64,000 nt of DNA, taken from positions 274,722,001 to 274,786,000 of the forward strand of contig OZ024742.1 of NCBI GenBank assembly GCA_964016885.1, in the 5' to 3' direction. This stretch comes from Eledone cirrhosa. Its lineage: Eukaryota. The notes under the pieces were generated by a model. It did no database searches, was not told the origin of the DNA, and saw nothing but the letters and a program-made list of their open reading frames with translations. The stretch's first letter is position 1; every line of letters starts with the position of its first letter. Below, piece by piece: positions 28,988-41,343 of the stretch. A program made the translations under genes and the position numbers.

Positions 28988-31900
28988 GCTTTCTTTATTA
29001 ACCACAAAGTAGACATTAAGGACAGTACAGGACGGTTCAAAACAGCATTTCTGCGTGTAAAAAACAAAAAATGGATGTAACAAAAAAATAACAATGGAAA
29101 ATTCCCCAATAGGGGGGAGACTTCCGAGGGACATTTGTGGAGAAATCTCATTAAAAGGCCACAGTGACCCTGAACACCAGGGCAAGCGCCCTCTCCCAGT
29201 TTTCCACCTTTAATTTACAGACACATACTCGGGCCATTCTTGCTTCTCTCACCCATCTTTCAACAAAATTCTTGGAAGAGAGCACTTCCCTCTCTACCCT
29301 GATTTTCCTTTTCAAATGAAATTTGAAAAGGTTAATCAGGGCATCACCGAAGAGGTAAGTGCTCGTCTACAGACCTTACAAACGTGTCCACCATACTATC
29401 TCTTTCGCCATGGCGACAGGACAGAAAAAACCTGCCTGCTCTTCCCGGCTAAAGGAGGAGGGCGGGGCAATCCTCACGATTGACTCAGCTGATAGCCAGA
29501 TCCGTCCTACACGCGCCAGCAGGTGTTCGACATAAACCCACAAGTCAGCAATGCTCGGACACTGGATGAATGCGTGCAGGACGGTTTCGTCGCCCTGCGC
29601 GCATCACGGACATGCCCGGCTGACGGCACCTCCATACCTGTAGAGTATATCCCGAACTGGCAAAGCTCCTCCGTAGCACTGCCAGGCCAGGGATTTCTGG
29701 AAGATGTCCATAGGCCTCGGCCCGAAAGTTCTTCCTAAGAGATTGGCTAGTTGATTTTCGTCGACGCCTAGTTTCCCCAAGTACGTCGTCGCTCTTCCAC
29801 TCCACTAATCCTCTATAGAACGACGAGGTGGAGTTTCCACCGGTCACATGGCCCGATTGGTCGAGGGCTGTGAGCGCCTGAAGACATTCCAGTCTCCAAG
29901 CGCTGCCTCTGGGTCTTCGCTTGGCCCAGGACTGCAGCTCCGTGAAGGAGAAAGACGCGTTTAGCAAACGGCGACCACACCTGATCACCGTCAAGGAAGA
30001 GGTGGAGATGTCGTAGCCTGAGCGCGTGTCTGTGCATCATCAGCCACACGGCATTCCCAGCCCTCCACGTAGCGGGTTTGACAGCAGATGGACCGTCTGA
30101 CCATTGGAGCGCGTCCCTTCCACAAAAAGCGAAAGAGCAAACGCTCCAGCGCAGTCAGACGGGGCTTAGGACAATGTACGACGGTCAGGCGGTGGTAGAT
30201 GACGGACGCGATGTACGCGTTAGCCAGCTCCGCTCGACCTTTCAGGGATAGCTTCCTCTCCGCCCATTTTTGGGTGAGAGAAGCCACCCTGCTCGTCACA
30301 TCGTCCCAGTTTTTGTCCGTCTGGAGGTCCGGACCGAACCAGAGCACTAGCAATTTAACCGGTCCGTCCGTCCAGCGCCCGACGACGCTGTTGGACGGCA
30401 TGGACCTGGTTGATCAATGCTCCTGTCACCGCTTCGTATTTTCTTAGTGTAGTGCCGATCGCCTCGATGTGTTTGGTGTTCGACACCACTACGGTGACAT
30501 CGTCTGCATATGCTGACACGGATCTTTCGCATCCTAGTTCGCGCGGGAAACCCCTCAACGTCTCCAGTTTGTGCAGTAAGGGCTCGAGATTCAATACGTA
30601 CAAGAGGGACGAGAAGGGACATCCTTAGCGGACCGAGCGCATGATGTTGAACGGTTCCGGATGGTGACCGTTCACTCTCACCATAGAGCAGATGTAACTC
30701 TGCATGGCAACGATCCATCCTCTGAAGACGGGCCCAAAGCCAGCCGCCCTCAAGACTGCCGCCAGATAACGATGGTCGACCCTATCGAAAGCTTTCGACT
30801 GATCTAAATTGATCAAGGACCCACCTGTTCCAGGTTCCCTAGCTACCCTCTCCATGATGTATCGCATAAGATGGACGTTGTCGTGGATGGATCTGTCGGG
30901 AATGGCGCATGTCTGCGCCTCTCCCACCAGACCTCCAACGACAAGCGCCAACCTCTTCTCTAGCACCTTGGCCAAAATCTTCAACTCTGTGTTTAGCAGA
31001 GTTATGGGCCTGAAATTATCTATGCTATCCCCCTTGTTCGGATCCTTTCTCAGCAGCGCCACTGCTCCTCGTCACACAGAGCTGGGAATTCTCCCGTTCT
31101 GTTGCCAGTTGCAGTAGACGTCCGTCAAGAGGCATCCGAAGAAGTCTGGTATCTGCATGGAAAGTTCATAGGGCAGAGCATCCAAACCAGGCGATTTACC
31201 CCTTGTGCAGCCAGTCATTGCCTCCCGTAATTCAGCTGCTGTTATCGGTTTTTCGCCACACTCCGCCACAGTGACCGAGAGCCGCGGCAGTCTGTCGAGG
31301 TAGACACTAAAGTCCATCCCTCGACCCAGCCCGCCGCTGCCTCCGAACAACTGAGCGAAGTGTCGCTGAAAAGCATCACACATTTGCCCGGGATCGAGTA
31401 GCATGCGCCCGTCGTGGTCCACCAAAAACCGGATCGTGGTTTTGTTGCCACGACGCGGCTCCGCCACTCGGGCCCATTGAACGGCTTTTGTCCTCTCGTG
31501 TCTGAGAGCACGCACACTAGCTCTGACACCGCAGCCTTCGTGCTTTGCATTGAAGAATTTCGCCGCATGTACTTGCGGCGAAATTCTTCAATGCAAAGCA
31601 CGGTCGCGATGCCTTGGCTAAGCGCCTCGTCTAATGTTCTAGCTAATTCTCCCTCTGCTCTATTTTTCTCTATTGCTAAAGACTTACCAAACCTAATGGA
31701 CTCTATTCTAATTGCGCTTTTCAGAGCAAACCACCACTTGTTGTCGACGATGGCCCCCGACAACGCCCGCTTAACTAGTTCGCTAATCCGGTCTCTGTAG
31801 GCCTTGCGCGCTGGTAATGACGCGTTTAGCTTCCAGTAGCCTGGTCCTTGTCTATGAAGCCTACCTACGTCCACCACACAGATCAGGAATTTGTGGTCTG

Positions 31901-34876
31901 TGTAGCTGACTATCTTGAAATGTGGACAGCCTACAAAATACTCTATCTTGATATGATCTGGATGACACGATTAGTTTGTCCAAGTCCACATTGGCACCTT
32001 CGGGAAATTCAATCGATACCTGTCAGACAGTTCAAAACGCCTGAGCAGGTTTGCGAGGCTTTACACCCCCCCCCCCCCCACCTATCCGCTAATACCACAC
32101 AATCCCAGCGTGCAACTAAGATCCCGTTCCAGTCGCCCACTAACACTAAAGAGCGTGACGTTACAAGAAAGGTCTCCAGAGACCGGAAGAAATCAGGCCG
32201 CCCTGCTCCTGTCGGGGCATAGACGGCCACTAGCCTGAAAGCTTGCCCGACTCCGCTGGTCACGTCTAGCACCACCAAATTACCTTCTGGGTCCAGGAAG
32301 ATGGCCCGTATGGCGAGATCCAAACCTCTCCGAAAAAGCACAGCAATTCCTCCCCCCGATCCAGGACGGCCGGGAGATGCGTACACATCGTAGCGGCCGA
32401 GATCGGTGCGAAGGCCCGTGCTTCGGAGATTCTGGTCTCGCTGATGGCCACCACATTTATGTTTAGTGACCTGAGGTCGTTGAGCAGGTGGCGCTGCTTC
32501 CATGACGACCCCAAGCCACGCGCATTTATGCTTGCCTATTCATTTATGCTGTTGAAAAGGAGTGGAAAAGATGGGAAAGACCCCTTACTTAATTCTCGTA
32601 GAAGAAGGATGGTTTCTCCATCCTTCTCACTGCTTGTGGCCTCCTCCGGAAGGATGTCCTTATAAATCCTCCTGGAGAGTGCTTGTCAGAAGTCTCCGAT
32701 GTCCTTGGAGAATTTCTGTTTTAGTGTCGTGTACGTTTTCTGTGTGATGCGAGTGATTTGTATGTGTGGAGGTGGTGTGAATTTTTGGGGTGTTGTGTGG
32801 TCTTTTTCTGTGATGCTGGTGTTGTGTTGGATGTAGGGTAATAATTGGTTGTTCAAATTTAATGCTGTGTAGTGTGTATCGTTTTGGTTGTTTTTTTTTT
32901 TTGTTTGCGTTTGTTGCGCGTTTTTTTCTGTTGCGCTTTTTGGTGACTTTTGTGGTGTTGGGGTTAATGCTGGTGATGGTGTTGGTGTTTGTGGTGATGC
33001 GGTTGGTGATGCTAGTGTGGATGGTGGCATAGCTCTCCTAACATTTTTGTTTGTTAGTGTATTTGTTTCCCCCTGTATTTTGTTTTTGGAGGGGGAAGGA
33101 CGCGGATTTTTTCTTTTTTGGGTTCATTTTCTTTTTTTCTTTTTTCCTGATACAGTTTGCCACTCCTCTTCGTAACAGTCTGTCTCCAGTTGCGATAGGT
33201 CGGGGAGTGGGAAATCCTCCCCAGGCGTTGGTTTTGGTTGTGGCGTGGTGGATGGTGGAGGCGCTGGTGCTAGTTCTGGCGCAGTGGGTGGTGGTTGTAT
33301 TGGTTTTGCTACTGTTGCTTTTGCAGTTGCTGCTACATTTGTTGCTGCCATTTCTGCTGCTGCTGGTGGTGATGGTTGAGTCACTGGGGTTGGTAAGAGA
33401 CGTGGCCTCAGCTTTTTATCCTGAGGCAAGAAACCTTTATGTGGGTTCCTTCGCCACAGACGTCACACCTAGGTTTCTACCCACAACGAATACGGTGAGG
33501 TGGCTGCCGTCAGTGAGGTCTATCACCTCTGGGTTTTCCTCAATGATCTTTTCGTCTGCATGGATCAGGAGCTCCATCCCAGATCCGGACCAGTTCTCCT
33601 GCTTTTCTTTTGTTATTTCAATTATTTTGGTGTTGGCCTCGATGCCGGCGAGGACGGCAGACATTAGCCGGGGAATTTCGATGGCCGGTGGAACGTGGGT
33701 CACCCTGATCTTCACGAGTCTCTGTCCACAATAGCTTGCGACGAGTGTGAAGTTGTCCCTTCTTAATGGGGCCATGGAATACTCTCTGGCTTGCTGTGGT
33801 GTTCCAAAGAACACGTCCAGGGTTCCATATTTCTGTCCACGTCTGATGTGGGTTTTTATCGCCCACACATGTCCTAAAGTTTTTTCGTATTTGGGACTCG
33901 GATGCCCGTTCCACTCGGCGTGATTTTGTGTTTATCGTCCGATAAGACACGGTGCATAGGCGCCGATGCTCCATTTTATTAGGTGGGGTTGGGGTGGGGG
34001 GAGGGGGGAGGATGACCCTGTACCCATCTTTTTTTACCATTCTCTTGGTTTCATTTAAGTAATCCTGGCTTACCTCGATTGTTTGGCTTCTCTTGGCTGC
34101 TTTCGCAAACGACACATTTGCGGTGGTGTTGATGTTTTTGTTGTTATTCTCATTGTTGTCGTTGCTCTTGTTCTTATTGTTATTTCTGTTATTGTTATTA
34201 TTAGTTTCAGTGGTGGATTGGCAGTATCGGTAGAGGGTCGGATGCCATGCTTTGAAGTATAGAGTTACCTCCCTGTATGAGCTGAGTTCAAATCCCGCCG
34301 AGGTTAACTTTGCCTTTCATCCTTCCGGGGTCGATAGAATAAAGTACCAGTAATGCATTGGGTAATTGCTGGCCTTGTGCCAAAAGTAGAAACAGTTATT
34401 ATTAGTTTCAGTTGTGGTGGTGGTGGCGTCAGTGGTGTTCGGTGTGGAAGAGTCGATTCTGGGTGAATCGATTTCGATGTCACGAGATAATAATTTTTTT
34501 TTTCTTTTTGCGCTGTGGTAATGGCGGGAAATGAATGTCTGCATGTGACAAATTTAAATTATTGCTACTGCTTATATTTTTAGTGTTGGCAAACGTAGTA
34601 ATATTTACAATGGTGGTGTTGGTGTGAGGTGTTAGTTTGTGAGGAAGGCTGTCAGCTTCGTGTGGCTGTGAGTCATCCATGTTTTTTTCAAAGAAAGTTT
34701 TTGTTTGATAATTATAAAAGTTTAAATTTGGGGCTCAAAGCGCCAATCTTTTTGAGTGTCCTTTTCAGAAAGCAATATATGTGAATATATGTGAACAAAT
34801 TTCCATAACCGGAAATTTGAAACAACAGAAAACAACAAACCTTACGATAATACGATTTCCTACGTAGGTCTCCAAT
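28988..34876 (-). mobile_element. Apparently full-length, frameshifted L1/Tx1-type LINE (ORF1 ~34115-32550; ORF2 APE-RT ~32550-29150)
   Basis: APE motifs VVAISET, LVAVYAP, LVGDWN, GPGYWKLN. RT motifs KSPGLD, NFRPITLLNTELKILAK, DQSKAFDRVDH, SAYADD. AATAAA is followed by (ATT)n. Confidence 0.93.
34212..34394 (+). mobile_element. SINE inserted in the LINE 5' region, 18-bp TSD
   Basis: gttattattagtttcagt at 34194-34211 and 34395-34412. Confidence 0.9.
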
Positions 34877-34877
34877 C

Positions 34878-34915
<38 letters not shown>

Positions 34916-34916
<1 letters not shown>

Positions 34917-37900
34917 GGTTTTTTATTGACCACAAGGACTGACACGAAGAAAAACATTAGAGACGGCACGGAACAGAACAGGACGACACAAAGTGAGTTT
35001 TGATCGTGTAAACAGGTTTAACAAAATTTGGCTAGAAATAAAAAAATTTCAAGCAACAAAAATTCCCCCAAAAGGGCAAACCTCCATTGCCACCCTGACC
35101 ACCAGGGCAAGTGACCTTTCTCAGTTTTCCCACGCCTAAGTCTACTCGCCTCTTTCACCCTTCTTTCACCAAACTTACTAGAAGACAGCACTTGACTCTC
35201 CACCCTGATTTTCCTCTTCAAGTGAAACTTGAAAAAGTTAATCAAGGATTGGCCGAAGAGGAAAGTGTCCGTATTGATGGTGGGGTATCTGAATAATGGA
35301 CTCAGTCGATAACCGGATCCGTCCTACACGCGAGAGCAGCTGTTCAACATAGATCCACAAGTCAGCAATCCTTGGGCACTGAACGAGAGCGTGCAGGACG
35401 GTTTCGTCGCTCTAAGCGCATCTCGGACAGGCTCGGCTGACAGCACCTCCGTGCCTGTAGAAGTTATCAAGAACCGGCAATTATCCCCGATAGCACTGCC
35501 AGGCCAGGTATTTCTGGAAGTTGTCCATAGGCCCTGAGCAGAAAGTTCTCTTGAAGAGAGCGAACAGCTAATCGTCTTCGACGCCCATGGTCTCCCCGAG
35601 AAAGTCGTCGCTCTCTCCCTCCACTAGTTTTCTATAGAGCGCCAAGGTGGATGTTCCACCGATACTAGTGCCCGGCTGGTAGAGGGCAGTGAGCGCTTGG
35701 AGTCATTCCAACTTCCAAGCGCTATCCCTCGAACTTTTCCTGATCCAGGACTGCAGCTCCGTTAATGAGACGAGCTGGGGAAAAGCGCGTCTGACCAAAC
35801 GGCGACCACACCTGTTTACCGTCAAGGAAGCACCAGGGTTGTCGCAGGGTTGTCGCAGGGTTGTCGCAGCCTCAGCGCATGTTTGTGCATCATCAGCTAG
35901 GACATGCCTAGTCCTCCATGCAACGGGTGTTGACAGCAAATAGATTTTCTGACCATGGGAGCACGTCCCTTCCACAAAAAGCGGAGGAGAATGAGCTCCA
36001 TTTTGGTCAGAGTTGGACGGGGGCAAGTTACCACGGTCAGGCGATAGCAGATGACGGAAGCTATGTATGCATTGACCACCTCCTCTTAGCCCATTATTGG
36101 GTTGAGAGAGGCCACCCTGCTCGTCATCTCACTTCAGTTTTTCCCGAGCAATTTAACCGGTCCTTCCGTCCAGCGCCCGATGACGCTGTCGGACGGCATG
36201 GAGTTGCCTCTCCAGATGCCGAGTTGCAAACCCACCGGCTTTTCCTGGTTTATATTTGCTTCTGTCACCGCTTCGTATTCTTTGAGAGCGGTGCCGAATA
36301 TCTAGACGTGATTGGTGTTCGACACCACCACGGTGACGTCGTCGGCGTGAACTGACACGGATCTCCCGCATCACAATTCGCGTGGGATCCCCCTCATCGT
36401 CTCTAATTTGAGAAGTAACGGCTCGAGGGCCAGTACGTAAAAGAGGGACGAGAGGGGGAAACCCTGGCGGACAAAGCACATGATGCCGAAATGCTTGGAC
36501 AGGTGACAATTCCCCCTCACAATCGAGCAGTTGTCACTGTGCATCGCAGCGATAAAGCCCCTAAAAACGGGCCGGAAGACGGCCGCCTCGCGGACCGCAA
36601 CCAGGTACCGATGGTCGACTCTATCAAATACTTTACATTGATCCAAGTTGATCAGGCCCAACCCGTGCCAGGTTCCTTAACCACCCTCTCTATGATGTAT
36701 CGCATGAGATGGTGGTTGTCGTGGATTGATTTGTCCGGAATGGCGCAGATCACCGTCGACAAGCGCCAATCTCTTTGCTAACCCCTGGCCAAAATCTTAA
36801 ACTCTGCGTTTAGCAGAGTTATGGGCCCGAAGTTGTTTACAACGCCCTCCTTGTTCAGGTCTTTTCTCAGCAACACTACCGCTCCCCGGCTCACAAAACT
36901 GGGAATGCTCCAGTTTTTCTGCCAGTTGTAGTAGACATCTGCCAAGAGGCTGACGATCAAGTCTGGCATATACGTATAAAGCTCGTAGGGCAGACATCAA
37001 AACCTGGCGATTTACCTCTCGTGCACTCAGACATCGCTTCCCGTATTTTATTGGCTGTTATCGGCTTTTCGCAGCACTGCACTGCGATCCTAGGAAGCCC
37101 AGGAAATCCGTCGAGCTATGCACCGGAGTCCATACTCGGATCCGCCCCAACGCCGCTCCCGAACAATTGGGCAAAGTGCTGTTGAAAGGCCGCACACATC
37201 TGCTCGGGTTCGAGCAACATGCGCCCGTTTTGGTCAGGCAAAGACCGAATTGTGGACTTGTTGCCCCCCCCAAAGAAAAAGTACACAGCCATAAACATGG
37301 CAAATAAAGAACTCATACAACATATAAAGCAGCACACAGACATCAGGGAAAAAAACTACTACACCCCACCAACATCAAGAACTCTCCCGACAAACATAAG
37401 CATCATTTAAATTAAAATAGAACAGTACAAACTTTTAAAACAAAAATTCTCCAACGCAGTTGGAGACTTAAAAGGGTCGCTTAACAAGGGGATATACACC
37501 AACATCCTCTTGGAAACACCCATTACCAGCCAAAGGGACAGTTCTACTGTCCCTTCACCACACGATCAATGTACGTGACCCTTTCTCACTTGCCCCGTTT
37601 TTCTTCCAACACGGCCGTACTTACAATAGTCAGTATAAATGTACGTGGCCTGGGGTCATCTTGTGGTGACTATCAGCGAGACCAGAATTTCCGAAATACG
37701 AGCCTTCGGACCGATCTTCGGCGGTTACGATGTATACGCATCTGCAAGCCCTCCAGGATCGGGGGCAGGGGTTGCCGTGCTTTTTCGGAGAGGGTTGGAC
37801 CTCGCCATACGGGCCATCTTCCTGGACCCAGAAGGTAAATCGGTGGTACTGGACGTGACCGGCAACAAAGGCAATGCTTTCAGGCTATTAGCCGTCTACG

Positions 37901-40900
37901 CCCCAACTGGGACATGACGGCCAGATTTCTTCAGACGCCTAGAGACCTTTCTTTGGACGTCCCGCACTTTAATCTTAGTGGGTGAGTGGAACAGTATTTT
38001 AGATGCACGCTGGGATTATGTGGGACTAGAAGTCAGGGCAGGAGGGTGTAAATGACTCAACAACATGTTCAGACGTTTTGAACTGTCTGACAGGTATAGA
38101 CTGGATTACCCGAATGTGCCAATGTGAACATGGGTAATCCGCATCGGGTCATCCAGATCGTATTTAGAGAGGGTATTCTGTAGGGAAACAGATAAGGCTA
38201 GTGTAGGTTGTCCACAATTTAAAGTAGTCGACTACACGGACCACAAGTTTGTGATCTGTGAAGTTGACTTAAATAGAAATCCAGTCGGTAACTGACAGAC
38301 AGTTGGAAACGCCTGAGCAAGTTTGCGAATCGTTTACACCCTCCTCCCGTATCCCTTAAATCCCACACAATCGAAGCGTGAATCCAATATCCCTTTCCAA
38401 TCGCCCACTAACTTTAAAGAGCGGGACGTTCCTAGGAAGGTCTGTAGTTGCCTGAAGAAAGCTTTGGGACATATCTGGGCTCAAAAACCCACATCAGACG
38501 TAGAAAAAGATATGGGACTGCGGACGTGTTACTTGGAACCCCACAGGAATCCATAGAGTACTCCATGACTCCACTAAATAGTGACGAGTTCACACTGGTC
38601 CCAAGTTACTGTGGACAAGGCTCGTGAGAGTAAGTTTGACCCCTCTTCCACCGGCCATTTAAATTCACTGGCCGATGGCTGCCGTTTTCGCCGACATCGA
38701 GGCCGACACAAATTTAATCGAGTTGATAAGTATTAAACAGTAGAACTGGTCCAGATCTTCAATGGAGAAATCAAGCCATCCTGACCCGGTCGGGGTGAAC
38801 ATCCACAAGACTAAAAGCATAGCCTTCGCTGCTGGTCGTGTCGAGTACCACCGACTTACCTTCTGGGTCCATGAAGATGGTCCATATCACGTAATCCAGG
38901 CCTCTCCGAAACAACACAGCGACTCCGCCTCACGATACCAGCCGGCTTGGAATGCGCACACATCGTAACCTCCAGAGATGGGTGCGAAGGCATGTGCCTC
39001 GGAAATTCTGGTCTCGCTGATGTCCACCACATCCATGTTCATTGACATGAGGCCGTGGAGCAGGTGACCCTACATCCACGACGACCCCAGGCCACATTCA
39101 TTTATGCTGCCTAATCTGAGTAAGATCATGTTGGAAAGGATTTCTTACCTCAGTTCTTGTGGAGGTAGAATGATTTTTCCGTTCTTCTCAGTGTCTGTGG
39201 CCCTCTCCAAGAGGATGTCTTTATATATCCCCCAGAAAAATGTTTGCCGGAAATCTTGTATGAATGTAAATTTGTATGTGTGTAGGTGATGTGAATTTTT
39301 GGGGTGTTGTATAGTTTTTTTGCTCTGTGATGTAGTGTAATAATTGCTTGTTCAAGTTGAATGCTTTATAGTATGTTTCAATTTCAGTTTGGCTGCCTTG
39401 TTGTGTTTGTGTTTGATTTTGTGTTTGTTTCTGTTTTGTTTGTTGGAGCTGTTTGTGGTGTTGCAGATGGTGGTATTGGGGTTGATGATGGTGATGGTGT
39501 TAGTGTTTGTGGTGATTGGGCAGGTGATGCTGGTGTGGGTGGTGATTGTGATAGTGGCGTAGCTGCTCTTACCTTTCTTGTTTTTTGTTTGTTTGTTTTA
39601 CTCTCTATTTTTTTGGAGGGCGAAGGAAGAGGGTTCTTTCTTTCTTGTTTTTTTTTTACAGATACAGTTTCCCACATCTCCTGCTTGTCACAATCCGTTT
39701 TCAGTTGGGAGAGGTCGGGGATTGGAATGTCCTCCTCAGGCGTTGGTGTAGGTAGCGGTGTGGTGCATGGTAGAGGTGCTAGTGTAACATCTGGCGCGAT
39801 GTTCGGTGGTGGTGTTGGTCTTGCTACCGTTGCTGGTACAATTGCTGCTGCCATCTCTGCTGCTGGTTTTGCCTGTTGAGCCAGTTGGGTGGACAGGAGA
39901 GGTAGCCTTATTATTTTAGACATTCTCTCACGACAGAAGGCCCTTAGTTGTGTTCCATCATCACAAATTACATACCTAGGCCTGCTATCTTCGAAGATTA
40001 CGGTGAGGTGACTGCTGTCATCGAGGTCTATCACAGCTGGAATCTCTTCGTTGCGTTTCTGGTCCGCTTTAATCAGGAGTTCCATTGAAGATCTGAACCA
40101 GTTCTACTGTTTTATACTTATCAACTCGATAAAATGTGTGTCGGCCTCGATGTCGGCGAAATCGGCAGCCATCGGCAGTGAATTTAAATGGCCGGTGGAA
40201 GAGGAGTCAAACTTACTCTCACGAGCCTTGTCCCCAGTAACTTGGGACCAGTGTGAACTCGTCACTATTTAGTAGAGTCATGGAGTACTCTATGGATTCC
40301 TGTGGGGTTCCAAGGAACACGTCCGCAATCCCATATCTTTTTCTACGTCTGATGTGGGCTTTTGAGCCCAGATTTGTCCCAAAGCTTTTTGGACACGGGA
40401 ATGCTCCACTTGGCGAGTTTATATATTAAGGGTGCTGTATGATACAGTACAGAGCTGGTGATGTTGCATGGTATTTGATGGAGGAGTGAGGCTGATCCTG
40501 TAACCATTTTTCTTCACCATTCGCCTGGCTTCATTCAGTTCTTCCAGGCTTACCCCAATCGTTTCGTTCTTGATCGCCGCTTTAGCAAAAGAGATATTTG
40601 GTTCTTTGCTGGTGTAGGTGTACCTGCTGTTATTCTTATTGCCGCTGTTGTTTTTATTGTTATTTTTGTTATTAATTTTTGTTTCAGTTGTTGCTTTCCT
40701 GGTAGTGGTGTCAGTGGCGTTCAACGTGGGAGAATCTATTGTAGGAGAATCCATTTGTTATCACGAGATATATATTTTTTGTTTCCATTGTTGCTGTGGC
40801 GGTGTAGGTGGCTTGTTGCGGTGGAGGTTCTGATATCAGTGGCCTTGGACGTACTCTTCGACATTGTGGTGGTTGAGATGCAGGCTTTAACACCTGCTGA

Positions 40901-41299
40901 TATTGGTAAAAGCGGGAAGTCTACGTCTGCAAGTGGAAAACTTTGGCGACTGCTATTACTGCTGCTGTTGTTAGCGAAAACGTTATCGGTTTTGGCTTTT
41001 GTAGCAACGTTGCCAATGGTGGTGGTGGTGGTGGGAGAAGTGTCTTAGTTAGAACCGCTGTCATGCGACAGCTGGCGTTATTTCTGGAGGTGTATAACGT
41101 CCAGGTTTTATTTTTTTTTTTAAGTTTGTTTCGCAAAATAAAGTGTTTGACTCATTGAGTGTACATTTCCGAAAGCAATATATATGAACTTAAAGAGGAG
41201 TTAACAAAAATTGTTTTCGATAACAGGCAATTCAAAACAAATGAAAACAATATATATTTAGGAGATCACGATATAAACATTTTAGTACGTATGTCACCA

Positions 41300-41301
<2 letters not shown>
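34916..41301 (-). mobile_element. Second, diverged L1/Tx1-type LINE with internal inversions
   Basis: RT fragments at 35000-37270 (-), plus-strand ORF1-end/APE piece at ~37270-38275, inverted ORF1 piece at ~38460-38765, and ORF1/5' region at 39100-41301 (-). Confidence 0.88.
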
Positions 41302-41331
<30 letters not shown>

Positions 41332-41343
41332 AATAATAATAAT

